A DNA stretch of 64,000 nt. Source: Ostrea edulis (taxonomy: Eukaryota). Below, one piece after another: positions 21,878 through 36,800 of the stretch (position 1 is the stretch's first letter; each line of letters begins with the position of its first letter). The translations under genes were made by a program, and so were the position numbers. Location: contig NC_079164.1 in the NCBI RefSeq assembly GCF_947568905.1, positions 74,462,001-74,526,000 of the forward strand. Direction: 5' to 3'. Under the pieces are notes generated by a model that had not been told where the DNA came from, searched no databases, and was given only the letters and a program-made list of their open reading frames with translations.

Positions 21878-24800
21878 TCAGTCAATGCTTGCCATTAAAA
21901 TTTGAATTTCACGGAGCAGTTGTCCAACTTTACCAGGTGCTCCCATCCTCTTAGCTACTTTTGATCGGATGACTGACAGATTTTCATAACACTGTCTACA
22001 TTTCCTATATCTACAAATACACAAGAGGTTTAGATGTCTATTCACCATTTCATACATTTTTATGCAACAAACAACATCATACATATGTCTCATCTATTCC
22101 TATTCTTTTCTTTTAATGTACTGCATTCTGACGAATATTACCTTTCCTCCCTGGATATATCGACTCCTTGACTAGGAGGAGCAGTCAGATTTGACTTTAT
22201 CACAGGTCCAAAGTTCCTCAGCATGATCTTCAAGGCCTCACACGCTGCAGTCACGTAACTGAAATTATGTATTTAAGGAATGAAGTAATTTTTAATCTTT
22301 TTATACCATGTTCCTTAGGATGGGATAGTTTATGCTTAATAAAACTTTGCAAACTAGGTATATCAGAGCTACACAAATGTTCCTGCTGACAACAAAATTT
22401 AAATCCCAAATTTCAATTAAGAATGTCCATGGAAACTATGAATAATTTAATATTTAAAGTCCAAGTGGCTTTACTCTTTCAAAAATTGTTTGACCAGAAC
22501 CAAATACAAACTTGAACTGTATTCTCGTGTTTGTGTACCGAATGTCCATGCATGATTGGGATAATGAAGAGAAACTATGAATTGTTTGAAATGTCAAAGT
22601 GTACATTGTATGAATTGTCTAAATTCAAGAGGCACAACTCTGTAAAAAATTATTCAAAACGTCCAAGATTTTGTCCTGGATATTATCAAGATGTGTCTAT
22701 ATACCAAGTTTCAGTTGATATGCACATCTGTAGAAGAGATAATGAAAGGAAGAAGAGAATGATGAAAAAGGGAAACATTATATGCACCATCCATTTCAGG
22801 GTAGGAGTATAAAGATAACCAAAATGTGTTTGTGAAACATTGATGCCGTCATATGTGTTGATGCATTGCGACATCAGTTTCAGAAAGTGGTGATATGGTA
22901 TCAGAAAACTACAGTGTAGTGACCTGAAAAGTTGGGTCACACCTCTGTGAAATCAACAGTAGTGACAAGCGGGGAAATGATGCATATATGATCAAGGAAA
23001 TTACCTAGATACTACAGGCATTTTCCATTAAACCTCAATAAGAGTGCTTATAGCATGCATTCCTTGCAGTTGGGTAAAAAAAAATTTACCTGTCATATTT
23101 GCTGTCCATTAAGTCTTGTACTTGAGGCAGCAAACAAGAACACAGATCCAAACTCCATAACCCTCTAGAAATTGAGATCCAAAAATACAGTAAATATATG
23201 TATTTGAGTGATGATTTATTTTAGTGCTTTTTGCTTTAGCTTTTCTCCATAAATCTTTCAACACACACATATATATATATATATATATACACAGTGGAAC
23301 CCCGTTATTACGTTTTCCAATTTGTCACGATAAAATAACGTAATACCGGGGTCAACGTAATAAACGTTCCCAGTGAAATCCATTAAAAATATCATTTGGA
23401 AACTGTATATCTTCCGTTGATACTCCGTGAAGGTGTGTGTGTGAACATATCTCTACTGTCTTTGTTTTAAAGACTATGACACTTGATTTATTTACATCTT
23501 ATCTTAAATGTCCGTAATTCTTCATGTTTTCATCCATTTTCTTTATTTCTTGTGTAGGATAAATAAGGATGCTTTGATAAGCATTGCAGATCTGCTTTCG
23601 TTTCTGCCATTTTGTTCAACTTTAACATAATGCATTCATATAAATTTCTCTCAATAACTCGTTCCGGTTCGTATTCAACACTCGTACATAAAATAACAAA
23701 ACATCGTTTTTCTTAAGGTATTCAATATATAATGACCATATTTCATATCTAATAAATGGATGGTGGAATTTTTGTAATTATGGTATCATTTTGAAAGGTT
23801 CATCAAATAAAAATAATCCACCATAGGAATTTTCAAAATTTTGTTTACTGCTTGATTTATTTCACCTAGAATTTAGATTTTGAGAATCACTATTGAATAA
23901 TTAGGGGTTTATTACGTTTTTGTCAGAATTTTTACAACGTAATACCGAGTCCCGGCATCTTGGGACAACGTAATAACGAGGTCTATTTTATATAGGTTTG
24001 TTAAGAAATGGTTTTGTGCTTTGAAATTCCAACGTAATATGCGGACTAACATAATAAAGGGGGAACGTAATAACGGGGTTCCACTGTATACAGTATATAT
24101 ATTTGTACACTGTACGTTTATCAATGCAAACAGAAAAAAGATTCTGGTTTTTTTTGGGGTGTGAATTCTATACTATTACATCAGATTAAAGGACAGAAAT
24201 GTAACGGCATCTTTATCACAGTCTCACTTTTTTAAATTTTGGAGGCAAAGAAAATTATAGCCCTGTATCATATCATTATCACTTTAACTCTACATGTCAA
24301 CATAATCAATTACACAATTACCCTACATGCATTTTAAAAACTATTTCCTGTTTATATACTTATGATTTTAAGTTTAATACATTGAGAAGAACAACTTATT
24401 TCCCATTCTACTTACGATTTTAAGTTTAATACATTGAGAAGATCAACTATCACAGAAGGATCTTTCATACTAATGGCTGAATCAACTGCAGTCTGAAAAT
24501 CAAAGATTGTGTAGGTGTTTGAATGAGGATACAAGACTAATGAAAACAAACTATTTATGTTAAGAAAACAGGACAATGTACACTGAGAGATCAGGAATCT
24601 TACCTTGGTGTTTCCAGAAGTCCACATGGCTCGAACTATTTGTAGATTCTTGCTTCGATGTGCTAAAACTTTTGCCATGGCATCATGTCCACTAGACAAT
24701 GTTGAAAAAGCCTCATTTTCTGATGGCACTTTGCCAGTCTGACTGTATCCTATCTCCACTCCGCCCTTCTGCACAACAATATCAAAATACTTAAATATAT

Positions 24801-27800
24801 ATCAATAAAATAAACCCATTAACAACCCTCCCACTCTTACAAAACCTTATCTTCACTATTTTGTTTTATGAACTGGAGATGCTAGTAGTCTTTCTTATTT
24901 CTCTTCTCACTTTTCATGGTACCCTTCTTACACTAATTTCCGCTAATCGTTAATATACAGTATGTAAGTGACTAATTTCCGCTAATATACAGTATTTATG
25001 TGACTAATTTCCGCTAATATACAGTATGTACAGTATGCGACTAATTTCCGTTAATATACAGTATGTATGTGACTACTATGAGGTATATTTGTCTACAGGA
25101 ACATTGATACACTACTGTGAGGTATATTTGTCTACAGGAACATTGATATACTGCTCTGAGGTATATTTGTCTACAGGAACATTTACATGTATATACTGCT
25201 CTGAGGTATTTTTGTCTACAGGAACATTGATAAACTAAAAGGCATACTGGTAAGAAGTCCTCAGGTGAGATGCCGGACTTGTCTTCCTCTGGTTGTCTAG
25301 GAGACGGTTTACTGACTGGTTTGACAACCGGTTTGCTGTTCGGTTTTGTTGTGGCTTTGTTGGTTCTGGTCGGTGCTGGCTGCCTGACAGGCTCCATGTC
25401 ACCTGGTAAAATTACAAATGACACCAGGCTAATGCTTAATGAAAAAGTTTCAATTTACATGACATAAGCACCAACAAGACTTAACAAACCAATGTCCACG
25501 TGTACATGTGCATGCATGTTTATGTACGGGTTCAAATAAAATTAATTTCACACTGAAAATTATCATGTATATTTTTCTCTTACATACAGAATGTACACGT
25601 TTAAAACATATTTCAGGTACTACGCCAAATTAAAGGTACATACATACTAGTTTTAATCATGGTCAATGTATCATAACGGTGATATAATACCTTATGCAAC
25701 AAACTATTTCATTAGGTCTATATGTTAAGGTAAATTCATTATGCTAGATCATGTGTAAACACTAAAGGGTAGTTAGATTCCAAAAATTGCTGGAAAAAAA
25801 GCACAAAGTATGCAGATAAGAGTCATGTGGTCAGCAACTCTGCTCATTTCAGAGACAAATTGTGTAAAATGACAGAATGAATTTTGAAACTATTTTCATT
25901 TATATTTCTACAACCATAGTCTTTTGAATGCACATTCAAGGACATACATGTATGTGACATTTCTGACATTTTATCTAAAATTATTTTTTTATCTCCTCAA
26001 TATAAAGTTCTTGTGTGATTTCTGAAATAGGTCTAAATCTTATATTGTGGTAATATTACCATACTTCGTCTATTGGCCCGAGTAGTTCAGTGGTAATATC
26101 ACCTTACTAGTAATGCAAGGGTCCCGGTTTCAATTCCTGATTATGACAAAGATTTCTCTCCTTTCTTTGCTACAATAACTTTGCAATGTCCATATATATA
26201 CACAACCTTCTGTAATATACAAGAGCTGACTTTACATGTTTACTTGCAACTATCAAAATATGCTAACTCTAAAACAGACGTGGTAATATACCCTAAGAAT
26301 TTTTTTAGTAGAAACATAATTGATATCTTTATTCATATCTAACATAAAAATCAGAGCATATGTATCTTTTAATCAAAACTTGAGAATAAAAACAGATTGC
26401 ATCGAGACTATTTTAAACAAAATATACTTAAATTTGAAATTAATCAATAATGGTTAAATAGTGGGTAAATATTGACCTTATATATTTAGTCCTTTACATG
26501 TGTATTATATTTCCTGTCACATCCTCAGCTTGTCAAAAGTTATTCTATTAAGAAAAATTTAATTTTTGAAAATCACGATGGTACAAACTGCAAGGCTTCA
26601 CTCCAGCATACATGTACTTCGTGCAGCATGTTAGTGCAGCATGAAAAGTAAGCCGGTGTGAAGCGTTGCAGTTCATACCCTCATGTATTTACAAAAATGA
26701 AATTCGTCACTTATATTTACATTCTACTTTCATTTTTGTCAGAATTCCCAGCAGTTAAAATAAATGTACTACATTTATTAAGTAGTTCTGTATTCATATT
26801 TACATGTGCAGCTCATTCATGAGGAAATGCCTTTCATTACAATATTAACATATCAAAGGCATTGGAAATGTGAATAGTGTGTAATGCCTGTGGTATACAT
26901 AGAGTCTATACACATTTCGATGTGTTGATGAAAATGTCCATTACCTTTATGAAAATTTCTTTTACATCTAATTACAACTATCAATCCACATATAACTTGT
27001 TCACATCTACATTAGATATACATAGAGAGTTAAAGAGTAAATGAATACATGTATAACACGGTAAATATTGATTAGATGGCTTAATGCAGTCTACTTCCTA
27101 CAGTTTTCTCTGATTCTCCATCGTCCTGCAATACTATCATGCCTTTGATTGTAGGTGTACAATTATACATGTATAATGACTTCTACTGTTGTAAAAAAAA
27201 ATCAGAGAAATATTCTTACACAAGTAGATTCTACATATAACATGAATTAATGAGTATATGAGCAACCTGTAATTGTTTAATGCAAGCCAAGGTAAGCAAT
27301 TAGAGAGGGGAGGGGACAAAAGATTCCTACACCACCCAGGACACCTCTTGCAGCTAGTCAGCATGCAGCATACGTATTGTACATTACATAGGGCCTACCA
27401 TCGTCCGACACTGACTTGGATGACTGACTTTTGCGTAAAGGGGTAGATTTACGCTCCGTTGAGCATTTCCGTTCGGAGGAGAGTTGTCGGTTGATATTAC
27501 GAGGAGAAGAGACATTTCGTTTTGTTTGGAACATACCATCGTCTGGGGGAGGTTGAAATGGTTCAACTGGCCTTGATGGGGAATGTGTGAGTCGAGATTT
27601 GGGACGGAAAATTTCCCTGTAATCTTCTGGATTTGCGATTTCAAAGGAATCATTATCTTGTTCTTCTTTATCTTGTGTTGGTTCTTCAAAATCTTCTTTA
27701 GGTACACTAAATACAGAAAAGTCCACAAAATCACAAAAATAAATCGTATTTACCCATGTATTTTTTGTCAAAATGAAATTTGCAAGTAAAATAAACTTAA

Positions 27801-30800
27801 TGGAATATTAATTTCTTGAATTGTGCACATGAAATCTGCAATTCTTACATCAAAATCTAATACACTAGTGGAGCAAATCAAATTCCCGGGCATGCAGTAA
27901 TATAATACACGTGTTAGAGAATGAGAGCAATATGAGGAGAGTTTAATTCGAGTCCTACCTGGCTTGCCTTGAGGACTGCGTGGGTGGTCTCTCTGTGATG
28001 AATTTATTTCGACTGCTGGGGGATGAAAAACAGACACAAAACTTAAAGCAAGCTGAAGCATGCATTGAGATGGGGAAACTGTTAAGATTTTATAAAATCA
28101 CAAATTGTAATAATGCTTCAGAAGGTATTTTATCCCAGTTTATTTACCAGCATTCAAACTTTACCTCATGCATGTCTAGTTATAAATCAACATACATGTA
28201 TATTGCAATACGCTTTCTTACATGTTAATGAAAATGACAAAAGCATGATTTTCTGATGAGTGATTAATGAATATAGTCAACACATGGACAACACATTGAT
28301 CGTTGATCAGGGAAATTCTGTTCATAATCAAGCTACACTATAATCGGTTTAAAATATCAAGAAAATGCAAGTAAAATACTGAATAAAGGATTAAAGTAAG
28401 ATATGGAAGAAATATGTATGCATATCACATAATATAACCTCAATAGCCTTTCATGAAAAAAATCAAAGCCCTGTATAGTGTATACTGTACATGTCTGTGC
28501 ATGACTAATTATCAAACTCAGTAAATAAAACAGAATAAAAATCAGAATCAATTTCTACATGCAAAGTGTAAGTCGGAATCTATTGTCAAATGCATTTTGC
28601 TTGCTTTTCATCATTGGTAAATTTTTACTTTTAAAACCGGTTTAAGTTTACACCGGATTACCCACAATTCATTTCAAAAGAACCGGGTTCACGTATAGTT
28701 TAATTTGGCCCTAATTTTTGCCAAATTTGATAGACAACAGAGATGATTGTATGAGTAGACAGGATGTGCAAAAACAATCATCCTTTTGGTAAGGAATGCA
28801 CGGTGCATTAATATGTACTATGTCACGAATTCATGCATTTCCTATTGATATCTTTCCAATGTAAAATGAAAATCACGTTATTCTATACTGTTTGGTTTCA
28901 AAAAGTAATGGGAGCATGTATAAACCATGATAAAATTCAGATAGTGTGACAGAAATATTAAAACGATTTTGGTTGATGCAGACGACCCATTATTTCCACT
29001 TTGCTCGAAAAGTAGACATTTTGGAATTTTTTTTAAAGAAAATGTAATAAATCACCAACTATGTGATGTCATAATTGAAAAAAAGTTCCAGGAGAAGTAG
29101 TTTTTCAATTTTGTTTCAGTTTTCCAACATGGAAATCATTGACCTTAAGAGAAATTATGTTTAAAATTCAGAGCTGCGATTCTGTACCTGGTCGTTTCAT
29201 CTTTCTTTTAAATATGAAAAATTACAAACCAAACAAATTTTCCGACAAAATATGCTAGCATTATCTTTCAGTTACAAATAAAAACCATTTGTAGTTAGAA
29301 ATCCTTATCTCCAGAGATTCAATCAATACACACCAGACACCAACCCTACACTAACATGCAGTTTATGAATAAAGCATACATACTTTTTAAGGCCCTCTGA
29401 TACAGAGGAATTAGATATACTTAGGTCTGTGAAAACCTCATCTATATTTTTACTGAAAATGAGACAATGAAGACTGTGATGCACATGGATTGCAATGACA
29501 TGTTTATCATAAACACAGGAGAAAAATGTAGTGAAAATAATAATCAGTTAGGGGCATAATGCAAACACATTTTTAGAAAAATAAGGCACACAGTTTTGTC
29601 ACAATGAATTAATTGCCTGTCCCTCCTTTCTTAATAACCCAAACAGGATATTTTTATTTAACTTGTTTACATTATTTTGTTTTAACCCCCCTCATTTCAC
29701 ACCATATATACTCCAGATTTTCACTAGTGCGTCAAGACAAAAACAAATATTTGTTTTATTAAAAGCTTGCATATCTGAGTAAAGTATTCAAAATCTACAG
29801 AAAAATGCGGAAAATGTGTTACTTGTAAAAAAAAATATGTGTGTGTGTGAAACATTTACACTGTATGTGTGTGATTTTCAATAGTGTGTTTGCATTTAGT
29901 CTCTTGACTGATTTCTATGATAAAGAACTTAAGAAGTAAATTTTAAGGGTAAATGTATAAGTTATTCACCTGGAAAAATTTGATCCAACCTCTTGATGTG
30001 GAATACCTCCAAATGGTTGTACCCGCTATATATAAAAAAAACAACAACAACAAAAAACAACATACGCATACATTACATACAAATAAAAACAAACAGTTAA
30101 CATTAAGTTTTCCATTTACCAGTAAATGACAACTGCAAAAATCCTTGTGAGTATTTAAGTAGAGAAATTACCTTCAGATCTACTACAAATGTGGAAACAT
30201 TGGTCTGTGAAAAAGATGATCCTATCTGCAATAGAAAAACAAAACAATGATTAATAAAATCTTGAGAGTAGGATTAATAATTATATGCCTATTGGCATGT
30301 TCCCCAATCTCCATTACAAACACAGGTACATGTATATCATAAAATGTTTGGGATCATGAAATAAATATTGTTTGAAGTAATTAATCTCAGAATTCTCCTT
30401 GAAATTTTTAACTTCAACTATTCATCAAACTATTGTATGTAAGTGATCAGTGGTTTTTAACACACATTTTTCTGTTTAATCATTATGTGAATATTGTAAA
30501 TATTTGCGTTATTGATACTACAATGCGTCACAACCTAACACATCATATAAGAAACGCCACAATCTGCTTCAAATAACAATACAGAAAAATTTTGGTCCGC
30601 AGGTAACTCCATTTTCGCATTATCATCTGATAAAAGTATAGAAAGTGTATACATTTCCATTTACTTGAGTTAAAACTAATGAATTATCAAAAGATGGGAG
30701 ACATACATGTAAATAACAGAATCATGTATCAATTTTCCTTAAAACAGCATTAGGGCTGTTCCAGAAATGATCAAATGGGGGGGTCGGGCGGCAAACGATA

Positions 30801-33800
30801 TTTTTTTGTGTGGGTGGTCGTATTTTTTCAGATTTTATTTGGTCCGTGGTTGGACTGTTAAATTTTTTTTTATTATGGGTAGTGGGTAGTTTCTATTTTT
30901 TAAAAAATAATTTTGTGACACATGGGTGTTGAGTTTTCAGAATATTTTTAATGTCGCTCATGTTGTGTTGGTTACAAAACGTCGGAGGGAAAATTGAAAA
31001 CGTGCTTTCAAAATCGGAAGTAACATAGAACTATTCGAGTTGTCGCTCTTTGTAGCGCATAACTTTCTATTTCCATTACGGCACTCTTCAAATTAGAGGC
31101 GCGTTTAGTAGGGTCCCTTGGGACGTGATGGCGGCGAACTCTGTAGATTATCATAGTTTACAGTGCATCGATCTTGGGAATATTTTGAAATCAATAGGTA
31201 TTCCGTTTTCTAATAAAAATAGGCACATTGGTTGATATATGCGAGGGTACCGATGCGTTATATTTATCAGTCAGTGTGATGGTGATATAGAGGCTTCCAT
31301 TAGAAGACGAACGATTCGTGGAAAAACATATCCATACCCATTTCATGATAATAGCATCGTTTGGACTCCCAATCTTTCCAACATTCCCGCCATAGATGCC
31401 TTTGATTGTTGATGTGACATCGTTTCTTCAGAACTACTGTGATACAATGTCGCACAGGCATTACCTCGTCATTGACTACTAGAATGTTTGTCCTGAAAAC
31501 CTCGCGAAATTTGTACCGTTTTCATTTTTAAAAATATTTTTGTGGTGGGTCTGGTTAGATTTTTTTTTAATTAGATGGGTCATTGTAAAATGAGTTTATC
31601 AATTTGATGGGTCATGGGGTAATTTTTTTTATTTTTTTAATGGGTGCTTGGTATATACAAAAGGTGCCTCCCCCCCCCCCCCCCCCCCATATATGTATTT
31701 ATTTCTGGAATAGCCCTTATCAAATTCTCACAAAAACTGGTTATAATGATATAATAATATTCATAACAATTTCATGAAAGTTTCTTTACAAAAATATGAA
31801 AAATAAAAGAAATCTATTACATAATGGACTTGATAAAGAAATCAATGAAAACAGAGTTTTTGCCCTTGGAGTCAATATTTCATGACATACCATTGATTAA
31901 TCATAGTAACTTCATAGACTTTTAAAATACCTTATGTTTAACAAGATTGTTTACAATAACAAAATTCATGTTCCTATTATCTTATGACGTCACATGAGGG
32001 TGGAATTACTTTAAGCCATTATCTTTTGTAAAACTGGCCTGATGTGATAACAGTATTTGTACAGCCCTTCCTTACCAGCTGATTCTGCCCGATGGCTATG
32101 TCTGCCACCTCCCCCCAATTCACTGGGATAGAGTCGCAGCATCTAGAGGGCTCCCAGGAATAAACCTTTAGTAAATCTTTTGTGCCACTGAATAAACACG
32201 TCCCATCTGGATGGAACAATATATTTCTGAAAATAATGAATGTAAAATATGTAGCACATACTTGGCTACCATCAAATTACAGAAATATTGGAAAGATATG
32301 AAATTAAGTATTAAAACAATCATAAAGTAAATTTCAAACATATTTCTATTGGAAATTTTGATCAAGAAATAATTTCAAACCACCTTTCCATTAAACACAA
32401 AACATCTACATGTAATTTGTAATCATTTATCACTCACGAATATTCATACCTGACTGGGGTTGAGTCTCCATCAGTTGTAGACACCATATTGAAATTTTCT
32501 AAATCCCAGAATTTCACCGTTCTGAAATTTTTTATATTGATACTCATTTACCGATGAATTGGTCAGATTAATAACTATCAGATTACTAACCATGTTATCT
32601 AGAATCTTTGAAATAGTTGTAATAGTTTTTATCTCACCTATCTGAGCTCCCTGAGGCTAGTAAGAGTTCATTAGGATGAAATTCTACAATATTGACTGGT
32701 CCCTGGTGATAGGTTAAATCTGTCAGGATTTTGCCTGCTGTGATATCCCAGATCTACAAAGTGGACTATACCCTTTTTTATTGTGTACAGAAAAGCAGGG
32801 CTAATAATACATGGCAGTAATGATTATGAACCCTATTTTTTTCCTATTTTCTCCAATAACTTTAATTTTTCTTTTAATTGGTTATCGAATTTCCACCTCA
32901 TCCATCATGATATCTAACCTTAACTACGCTGTCTTCTCCCGCGGAAGCTATCCACTTTCCATCAGGACTGAACCTCACACAATTCACTCCATTCTTATGG
33001 CCCTGTTGGAATATCAAAATCATTCTTATTTAGTCCTAGATCTACAGCATGTGTAGTTGTGTACTTCACTGGTGATTTTTTTTTTTAAAAACAAGATGGT
33101 TAACTCAGTATTTTCAAACTTTCTGTGGGAGTATGCACTAAGAAAGACTTTTTCTACAAGGCATTTCAATATCTTTGACTTACCCTGTAAGTGTATATGC
33201 ATCCTTTCTTTCTGATATCCCACAGCTGGAAAACACACCAAAAGAAATCATAAACACACATATTCTTACATCAATTATTAGGGCTATGCGGTGCACCGAA
33301 AATTTCGGTGCATCGCGATTCATACCATTCGATTCGATGCACTGATTACAAATTCCGGTTCGGTTCGGTTTAGATTTTACTTACACCAAAACAACAAATA
33401 TGACGTCCGAGTGATGTTGAAAACATGTGGGTTTTTTTATGCAACGGAGATTTAAATCACTACTGTGTTAAGAGTTAGCATTTTCACCACTCAGATACCA
33501 ACAGAATATGGTCCGTAAGATCATTGCAGTTTATCTTTACATGACATATAGCATTTCTGTCAGTGGTGGAGTGAAATCAACATCGTAGGTAATGACACAG
33601 ATTTGACAGTTAACATGAGAGAAGTAAATCAATAAAGGAGAGATTTTCAAAGACTCTCAATTGATAGAATTATTGAATTTTTGCATATCAATGAAAACAA
33701 TATTATATACATTTTAGATTCACTATAGATTTGTTTAATAATCCAAAACTTATGCAGCACATTAATATAACAAATTTTGATAGACTGTCAGTGTTTTCTT

Positions 33801-36800
33801 TTTTCTATCAAAGTTATAAAATGCCATTATGAATAGATATGATGTTTACAAATGACAACATATAGTTATATAACTTGAATTAAATCAAATCAAATATGCT
33901 ACTCATTAAAATTGTTAATTTTTGTGGTGTCATTAGATAAATTGGACCTAACATGAACCGAATCGAAAATAACCGAACCGTGCTGTTCTGAATCGAAACC
34001 GAACCGAATCGAGCTAACCCTGAATCGTCCCAGCCCTATCAATTATATCATATCACTTGTTTAGCACAATCAAAATTGAAACATAAACATGACAGCACCA
34101 TCATGTATCAGCAGATTTTGGAATCGATGTACATCATTGCAGATAGAATATGCAGTTATACATCAACATATGGTGTACATAAATTATTGGAGCACTATTT
34201 GTGTGAAAGTACTACAATAGGAAGATTACCACTAAGATAACAAAATTTCCTTAGTAACATCTCAAATAAAGGGCCATTCTTGCCCATTCATCTGACACAA
34301 CCAATAACTATCTTTTTAAACAGGGTTGACTGCACATTTACAGCATAAAACATGACACAGAGTGCGGGACCTGCATCTGGAATGGTCCCTGTATATATAA
34401 TGAACTGTTTGATTGTTACCTTGACATTGCAGTCCAGAGATCCGGAAGTGCAGTAGTCACCATAGGGATGGAAGTCCAGACTTTTAATACTGGAAGTGTG
34501 TCCGGTTAGTGTTCGCATTACTACAACAAAAACCAGCAAAATTCTAAACATTCATCAAAATCTGTCTCCAAGAAAAACACACTGCTAAAATATTTCAAAG
34601 CAGCTTAAAATTACTAAAGTTACGTACATGTATATATTCTTTTGTATGAAACAAATTTTAAAATTAATTCTTATAAAGATTAAGGTCTAACATACATGTA
34701 TTTTGGTTTATTACAATTGCAAAGTTGATCAAAAGTACTAGTATTGAGTGAGCTTGTAATTGTCCTTACTTTTGGCCTGTTCCAGGTCCCAAACCTTCAG
34801 AGCCCCAGACATGGAGCCAGCTACCACCATCTCCTCCTCGTGTCCGAATCGGACAGATTCCACCGGTGTGGTGTGTCCACAGAGACTCTGCAATAAGATT
34901 ACAATTGATTTCTCCGGATGATCTGAGTTCCTGATTGACCCAAGAGACCAGTAAAGGTTGATCGTTCTGATCAAAGTAAAGCAATCTTCATGAAAGGCAC
35001 AGTTTCTTCTAAAGTTTTAAATATTTAATCAAGTGGAATATACCAATTCAACCAGACTCTTAATTCAATAATTTTTAATACCTCACTCACATTTTGTGCA
35101 TTTCTGAGATCAAAATATCAATATTTTGTCCAGGTAGTCTATCTGGATTGCTGAACATATAAAGCAGTTGTCTAACACTGTTAGACTAAATTTAGAGAAT
35201 ATGTTTGCTTTCATACAACACAATTACTTTCATCATGCATTTGTAAGGAGTTTACAAATGCTTGAGGATCAACAAGAGTTAGCCAATTTTGCCATTTGTT
35301 TCTAACATCAACTCAGTCAAATATAAAAAAAAAAATTGTCATTAATATGAATTTTCTCATACAATGTATATCTAATATTAGTTACATTGTCATAGAAACA
35401 GATGTTCATGTCTAAAAAGGTACAATTTCCCCTACAATAGAAGCCCGTTGTTTCCAATGAACATAACGAAAATAATTAAGTCATACAGTTGCTTAATCTA
35501 TCATACTATATGACAAATTCAATTTCCAGTCATTGAATGAATGTAACCTTTCTCTTGTAAATCAACTAAAATAGCTATGAAATTAACTAACACAAAAAAT
35601 CACCAAATTCTTATAAAATATCCCTACTTTTGATTCACAACTTTCAGGTCCTGGCCCATCCCAAAAATTGATATTATTTTCAAACTGTAACATGAATAAG
35701 ACGTACAATTTGGCAGGTTTACTTACCATTAAACAGTTCGGTTTGCCAACAATCCATAAGTTGACCTTTCTGTCCTCTCCTCCTGTTACAATCACTCGAC
35801 CCGATTTTTTGCTTAGAGCAACACAGTTGACATTGTTGCCATGTGCAACAAACTCCTCTGAAAATTGACAAAAATTCATGAAATTGTAAAGAAAAAATTC
35901 TGTTAATATAGTTCAGTTCAGAAAAACTAAGTGTGGGTGAAATTATCAAGCAAACTTGTCAATGCACTCAATAGGTTCAGGCTATAATGTCTACAGTCTA
36001 TAAGCAGAATTGTCCTTTAAATTGGGTCAAATCATTTCAAAACTTCAAGAGTACATATCATCTTAGCTGAATTGTCATTGTATAAATTATTCTTGGAACA
36101 AGTTGTCAATGGGCTAAACTGTTTGACATTTCTGAAACCTATCAGTTCAAAGGTTTTAACCACCAACAATTCCTTAACACTGGTAAACTTCCTTAAATGA
36201 ACGGTATAAAAAAACTATTTTCAAATTTTTGCCAAAGGCTCTTGACAGTTTTGTCGCTCCAATGATTATACATTTGAGTCACATGATTAGCTCTTCATCA
36301 GCTGAAAAGTGATGAGGAATACCCATAGTGCTCTGGAAAAATGAACTGTCACTACCGTATACTTCATTGACAACCCCGTAGATAAAATAAAGTTTTTGGA
36401 ATTTACCATGATTCTTAAAATTCCAGAGAAGATTTCTTTACCTTCATGTTTTGTTGTTGTTGAGAATTACTTGGTTTAAAAGAAAAAAAAACAACATTGT
36501 AGATAATATGACTTCACAATGCACTGTTTACATTGACTGCGTTATGTTTCCTTCGCAAAATGAAAAGGTGGATTAAATTTCTGTAATCTTGTTGCAAGAT
36601 GTTAAAGGTCTTCGCTCATCGCAACGGTTATGCCACCGCCAGAAAATATATTATCCTAATTGATGCACTTATTATTATCTAATGATAAATGTAATAAAAC
36701 TTTGAAATTAGAATTAGTAAATTGGTAATATAATTACGAGCGCAGCAAGCCAACACAGAGTGCTGGCTCATACTGCGAGCTTCAATGACTAAAGTGCATG

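Noticed and set aside
26075-26140. tRNA-Thr(AGT) gene
   Set aside because: The stems are broken and the B box is degenerate; SINE or pseudo-tRNA.
27100-27126. Extra 24-nt KATNB1 microexon
   Set aside because: Frame-preserving, but with a weak polypyrimidine tract and no homology support.
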